NCBI RefSeq assembly: GCF_025345565.1 | Contig: NZ_CP054475.1 | Span: 1,300,448-1,332,447 of the forward strand | Direction of reading: 5' to 3' | Length of the DNA stretch: 32,000 nucleotides | Origin: Thalassolituus hydrocarboniclasticus | GTDB taxonomy: Bacteria; Pseudomonadota; Gammaproteobacteria; Pseudomonadales; Oceanobacteraceae | Shown: positions 28,617-32,000 of the stretch, in pieces | Numbering within the stretch: the first letter of the stretch is position 1 | How the letters are laid out: every line of letters starts with the position of its first letter | Made by a program: the position numbers and the translations under genes | The notes under the pieces: model-generated | What the model was told of the DNA's origin: nothing | The model's input: the letters and a program-made list of their open reading frames with translations, nothing else | Database searches by the model: none

Positions 28617-29411
28617 ATGCCGACAGGAGAGGACGGTGGCCTGCTGACGACGCTCTTTGCCGGTTTGTCCGGGACTGCGCTGCTGATATTGCTGTTATGC
28701 AGCTTTCTCGGCTCATTGCTGACGGCGGCACTGGGTGTTGGTGGCGGAGCATTTCTGATTACGGTAATGGCCGGTATTGTGCCACCGCTGGCACTGATTC
28801 CGCTGCATGGCATGGTGCAGCTGGGTTCTAACGGTTCCCGCGCCTGGCTGGCGCGGCGGCATACGCAATGGCCTAAGGTCGGTTGGTTTTCAGCCGGTGC
28901 TTTACTGGCCGTGGTGTTATCTGTACTGGCTCTGCACTGGCTGAGCGGACGCATGGACCCTGGTGTTATCCCGCTGTTTATCGCTCTGTTTATTCTCTGG
29001 CTGAGCTGGGGAAAAGTGCCGCCGGTTGGGCTGGGGGAGCATCCTCTGGGGCTGTTTACAGGAGGCTGGCTGACGACGCTGGCGACCATGCTGGTCGGTG
29101 CTACAGGGCCTTTGGTGTCGGCCTGGCTGGGGCGCAGCGCTGCTGACCGCTGGCAGTACACGGCCAATTTTTCCACCTGCATGAGCGTGCAGCATTTATT
29201 AAAAATCGTGGTCTTTGGCTTTGCCGGATTCGCCTTCAGCCAGTGGCTGCCATTACTGCTGCTGATGGTGCTGGCCGGTTATCTGGGTACCCGTGCCGGT
29301 CTGAAACTGATGGGCAGGATTCCGGAAGCGCTGTTCCGCACCTTGTTCCGTTGGCTGCTGACGCTGTTGGCGTTAAGGCTGATCTGGCAATTCCTGAGTG
29401 CCGGCTGGTAA
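28617..29411 (+). CDS. TSUP-family (TauE/SafE-type) anion transporter, 264 aa
   Basis: Polytopic membrane protein with the TSUP-like motif LGVGGGAFLITVM and an internal repeat. Its ATG immediately follows the amidase TGA (TGAATG at 28614-28619). Confidence 0.75.
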   Translation: MPTGEDGGLLTTLFAGLSGTALLILLLCSFLGSLLTAALGVGGGAFLITVMAGIVPPLALIPLHGMVQLGSNGSRAWLARRHTQWPKVGWFSAGALLAVVLSVLALHWLSGRMDPGVIPLFIALFILWLSWGKVPPVGLGEHPLGLFTGGWLTTLATMLVGATGPLVSAWLGRSAADRWQYTANFSTCMSVQHLLKIVVFGFAGFAFSQWLPLLLLMVLAGYLGTRAGLKLMGRIPEALFRTLFRWLLTLLALRLIWQFLSAGW

Positions 29412-29489
29412 TTTCACCTTTCGGGGTGAAGATCCTGACAGGCAGTCCTGATTAACTTCCGCGGATACACGGAACTATCAGGATGACTT

Positions 29490-30737
29490 ATGTTAACGAA
29501 TAAACTCCCTCTTGCTGTTTTACTCGCCGGCGTCTCAACGGTTGCACTGACCGGTTGCGGTGGTGGCAGCTCCTCAGGCGGTAATGGTTCGTCACAGAAC
29601 ACCACGTATACCGATACGGGCTGGTCTGTCGGCAGTGACGAACTGGTGGGGCTGACCTATCCGCAAGGTGCAGAGGATGGCCCGCTGGTGGCGCTGAAGC
29701 GTTCCACGGCAAGTGATAACCGTGTGACTCATACTCTGATGCTGGCAGATAGCACCACGAAAGAATTCACGCCGGTTGATGGTCTGACCCTGGCCAGCAA
29801 TTATTACCGTGATGTGCTGGCGCTGCCGGTATCCGGTACTGTTGACGGCACCGACGTCAGCACCGTACTGGTCGCGACCTGTGGCTACGCAGAAGCTTCA
29901 CTGCTGGAGGGTGGTACAGCGCCTGGTAGCGGTGCATCAGCAATGGCGGTAGCTCCGGCTGCTGCACCGGCTACGCTGGAAATCTATCTGCCAGGCCTGA
30001 ATGTGACCCACAGTGCAGATTTTGATGATGTGGGTGAAGTACTCATCGATTGCCATTCTATGGGTGGGCTGCAGGTGTTTGATACTGCGTCAAAAGGTGG
30101 CTCTTCTTACAACGTTACTTTCTATGTGTCCGGCCAGAAAGCCGATGGTGGTTTCGGACTGTTTGAAGTTACTGTGGATTATGACTATACGCAGAATGCG
30201 ATCACAAACGCAGAAATCTATGAGGCATCCTCCCTGGGCTTTTTCTTCTCGGCTGTCGAAGCTGATCCTGAGGATGACTATTTTGTAGCCCTCAGTGCCG
30301 AGGGTGATACGTACCTGTTGGATGATCTTGTAACACGAACCCCTGTCTTATCAGCAGATGGTAATCCATTTACCGCAGATACCAGTGAAGGTGCGATTAT
30401 TCTGGATCTTGCATTCAGCGGCGATAATTTACTGGCCGTTTCAGCGGATTCGGGTCTGCTTGGTGCGGATTTCACTGGCGAAGCTTATACGCTGCTGAGC
30501 GGCGGTGATTTCACCCGCTGTGTTGATCAGCTGGCCGTAAATGGAACGACCTTGTGGTGTCACGATTCGACGGATGAAGGTAAGCTGATAGAATTCACAG
30601 CACCAGATGTACCGCAGTCGCAAGCACCAGTAGTCGTTGCCGTCAGTCAGCGCTTTGTAAGTAAAGCGAGCAAAGAAGAAGCTGAGCAGATCAAGGCAGA
30701 ACTGGAAGGCGCAGGTGCGGAAGTTGAAGTTAAATAA
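29490..30737 (+). CDS. Hypothetical lipoprotein with a ribosomal L7/L12 C-terminus-like tail, 415 aa
   Basis: Lipobox [13 protein letters not shown], a beta-rich body of unknown family, and a C-terminal [27 protein letters not shown]. Confidence 0.75.
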   Translation: [415 protein letters not shown]

Positions 30738-30758
30738 TTAACTCTTTGTCCCAGGTTT

Positions 30759-30790
30759 AAAAGCCCGGTTATACCGGGCTTTTAAGTTTG
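30759..30790 (+). terminator. Rho-independent terminator of the lipoprotein gene
   Basis: AAAAGCCCGG-TTATA-CCGGGCTTTT has a 10-bp stem followed by AAGTTTG. Confidence 0.7.
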
Positions 30791-30843
30791 TATAGTGCCG
30801 TACAGGCAAGTGATACCGGCCCCTTTTCACAGGGAGCTGTCAT

Positions 30844-30903
30844 ACAGAGCACTATCGCACAGAGCACTATCGCACAGAGCACTATCGCACAGAGCACTAT
30901 CTG
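30844..30903. repeat. Tandem repeat, 15-bp unit ACAGAGCACTATCGC, 4 copies (the last is 13/15)
   Basis: Units start at 30844, 30859, 30874 and 30889. The last unit forms the hairpin CACAGA-GCACTA-TCTGTG (30888-30905). An inverted GCACTAT core lies at 30793-30799. Confidence 0.95.
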
Positions 30904-31003
30904 TGCAGAGCCTCAGGATATTTCCGCAAATTGTTTGCCCGTATATAACGCGATATAACCGGACAGAATGATTGAACGAGTGGCAGGGGAAGGGCACAGA
31001 TTC

Positions 31004-32000
31004 ATGCTGAGCACATTGTACAAAAAGTATCTTTCAACCTTCCGGGATCACCCGCTGGCGACTGCAATTCAGTGGGAACGACACAATCTGTTCATGAGTG
31101 AAGTCGGTTCAAGGATGGTTACTTCGGTGATCGGTGCTGGCCTCGTCGGGTTGATGTTCTATTCATCAGCCCCCTTCACGGCGTTAGCAATATGGTTCGT
31201 TGCCATTGCTTTTGTCGCACTCAATTCCTGGCTGATTATCCGCCATCATTACCGTCATCCGGTACAGAATCAGTCGCAGGAAAACATTGGTTATGTCCGC
31301 CGCTGGCACTGGCTGAATCTGTATCTGGCGGTGATCTGGGGGATTTTATGGGGGCTGACCCCCTTTCTGTTTTTTCCGGAGGCATCGCAGGTTCAGATAT
31401 TATCAGTGCTGATGTTGGTGGTTGTACTGGTCTCGACGCCTTCGGTCACCATGGGCTGTTATCCGGATATTTATATTACGTTTCTGACACCGGTATTCTT
31501 CAGTTTTGGCTGGCATTTACTGGACGTCGATTTTGGCGGTGAATGGCTGCCGGTAATTATCGCGCCTTTTACCTGGATATCGCTGGTGGTGTTCAGTGTG
31601 ATGATTCACCGCACCCATATGGAGGCCATTATTCTGCGCCTCGAACACCGCGACTCCGAAAAACTGGCGCAGCGGCGTAATCAGGCAAAAACACGCTTTA
31701 TTGCGGTGGCCAGTCATGATCTGCGCCAGCCGGTACAGGCTGCAAGGTTGTATGCTGAGGCAATGCAGGGAAATGAGCAGCTGCGCAACGATGATACGAT
31801 CAATAAATTAACCGCCAGCCTGCATTCTGCCAGCCAGATGCTGGACAGACTTCTGGATATTTCCCGCATTGATGCCGGTGTGGTTAAGGTCGAGAAAAAG
31901 CGCCAGCGGCTGGATGATACCCTGAATCGTATAGCGGCAATCCATGCGATCCATGCGCAGGAAAAGTCACTACGTTTTTCTCTGGAAAGTCAGCCGCTGT
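31004..32000 (+). CDS. Membrane sensor histidine kinase, 5' part only (runs off the window; alternative in-frame start at 30968)
   Basis: Own translation: MLSTLYKKYLSTFRDHPL..., about 6 hydrophobic segments, then H-box FIAVASHDLRQPVQAARLY and LLDISRIDAG. The frame stays open to the window end. It is absent from the ORF track because it has no stop. Confidence 0.85.
   Translation, partial: MLSTLYKKYLSTFRDHPLATAIQWERHNLFMSEVGSRMVTSVIGAGLVGLMFYSSAPFTALAIWFVAIAFVALNSWLIIRHHYRHPVQNQSQENIGYVRRWHWLNLYLAVIWGILWGLTPFLFFPEASQVQILSVLMLVVVLVSTPSVTMGCYPDIYITFLTPVFFSFGWHLLDVDFGGEWLPVIIAPFTWISLVVFSVMIHRTHMEAIILRLEHRDSEKLAQRRNQAKTRFIAVASHDLRQPVQAARLYAEAMQGNEQLRNDDTINKLTASLHSASQMLDRLLDISRIDAGVVKVEKKRQRLDDTLNRIAAIHAIHAQEKSLRFSLESQPL

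Noticed and set aside
30844-30903. CRISPR arrays (also considered for 12352-12405, 13120-13280 and 64-446)
   Set aside because: The repeats are directly adjacent with no unique spacers, or only two or three composite units are present. No cas genes are in the window.
31192-31717. ORFs 31192-31542 (+) and 31517-31717 (-)
   Set aside because: They are alternative-frame and antisense ORFs inside the histidine-kinase reading frame. That frame is open from 30968/31004 to the window end and carries the H-box.

Overview
This looks like a chromosomal segment of a moderately GC-rich gammaproteobacterium. The order argG-motY-pyrC-rnt-yacL matches Pseudomonas-type synteny as I remember it. I support about 30 CDS. 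I found no rRNA, tRNA, CRISPR array, transposase or integrase.

Layout:
- 64-446: a REP-like composite repeat array.
- 447-10343: a lipoprotein alkyl sulfatase, then a zinc-starvation cluster framed by two near-consensus Zur boxes. The cluster holds a His-rich lipoprotein, a TonB-dependent receptor, a MacB/FtsX-type ABC pair, a divergent DUF3299-like gene and a COG0523 GTPase.
- 10483-13066: small accessory genes (PAP2 phosphatase, SAM methyltransferase, GNAT, a Cys-rich secreted protein, an HhH protein).
- 13120-16705: the anomalous part of the window. It holds a tandem 82-bp hairpin repeat, a sharply AT-rich single-gene insert encoding a 537-aa TM + TPR-like protein, and a 1.4-kb ORF-poor, hairpin-dense tract that ends at a bidirectional terminator.
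- 16706-23762: housekeeping genes (katG, yacL-like, rnt, pyrC, motY, argG).
- 23903-32000: a mixed block with a FUSC-like membrane protein, a CWC Cys-rich protein, an orphan substrate-binding protein, an orphan SLATT-like 2TM protein, a translationally coupled amidase-TSUP pair, a lipoprotein whose last 27 residues copy the ribosomal L7/L12 C-terminus, and a 5'-partial membrane histidine kinase preceded by a 4x 15-bp tandem repeat.

Best novelty candidates:
- the AT-rich TM-TPR insert with its flanking repeats and noncoding tract;
- the composite Zur-controlled operon with the His-rich lipoprotein;
- the orphan SLATT-like gene;
- the L7/L12-tailed lipoprotein.

All family calls come from motif reading and memory. 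No searches or computations were run.
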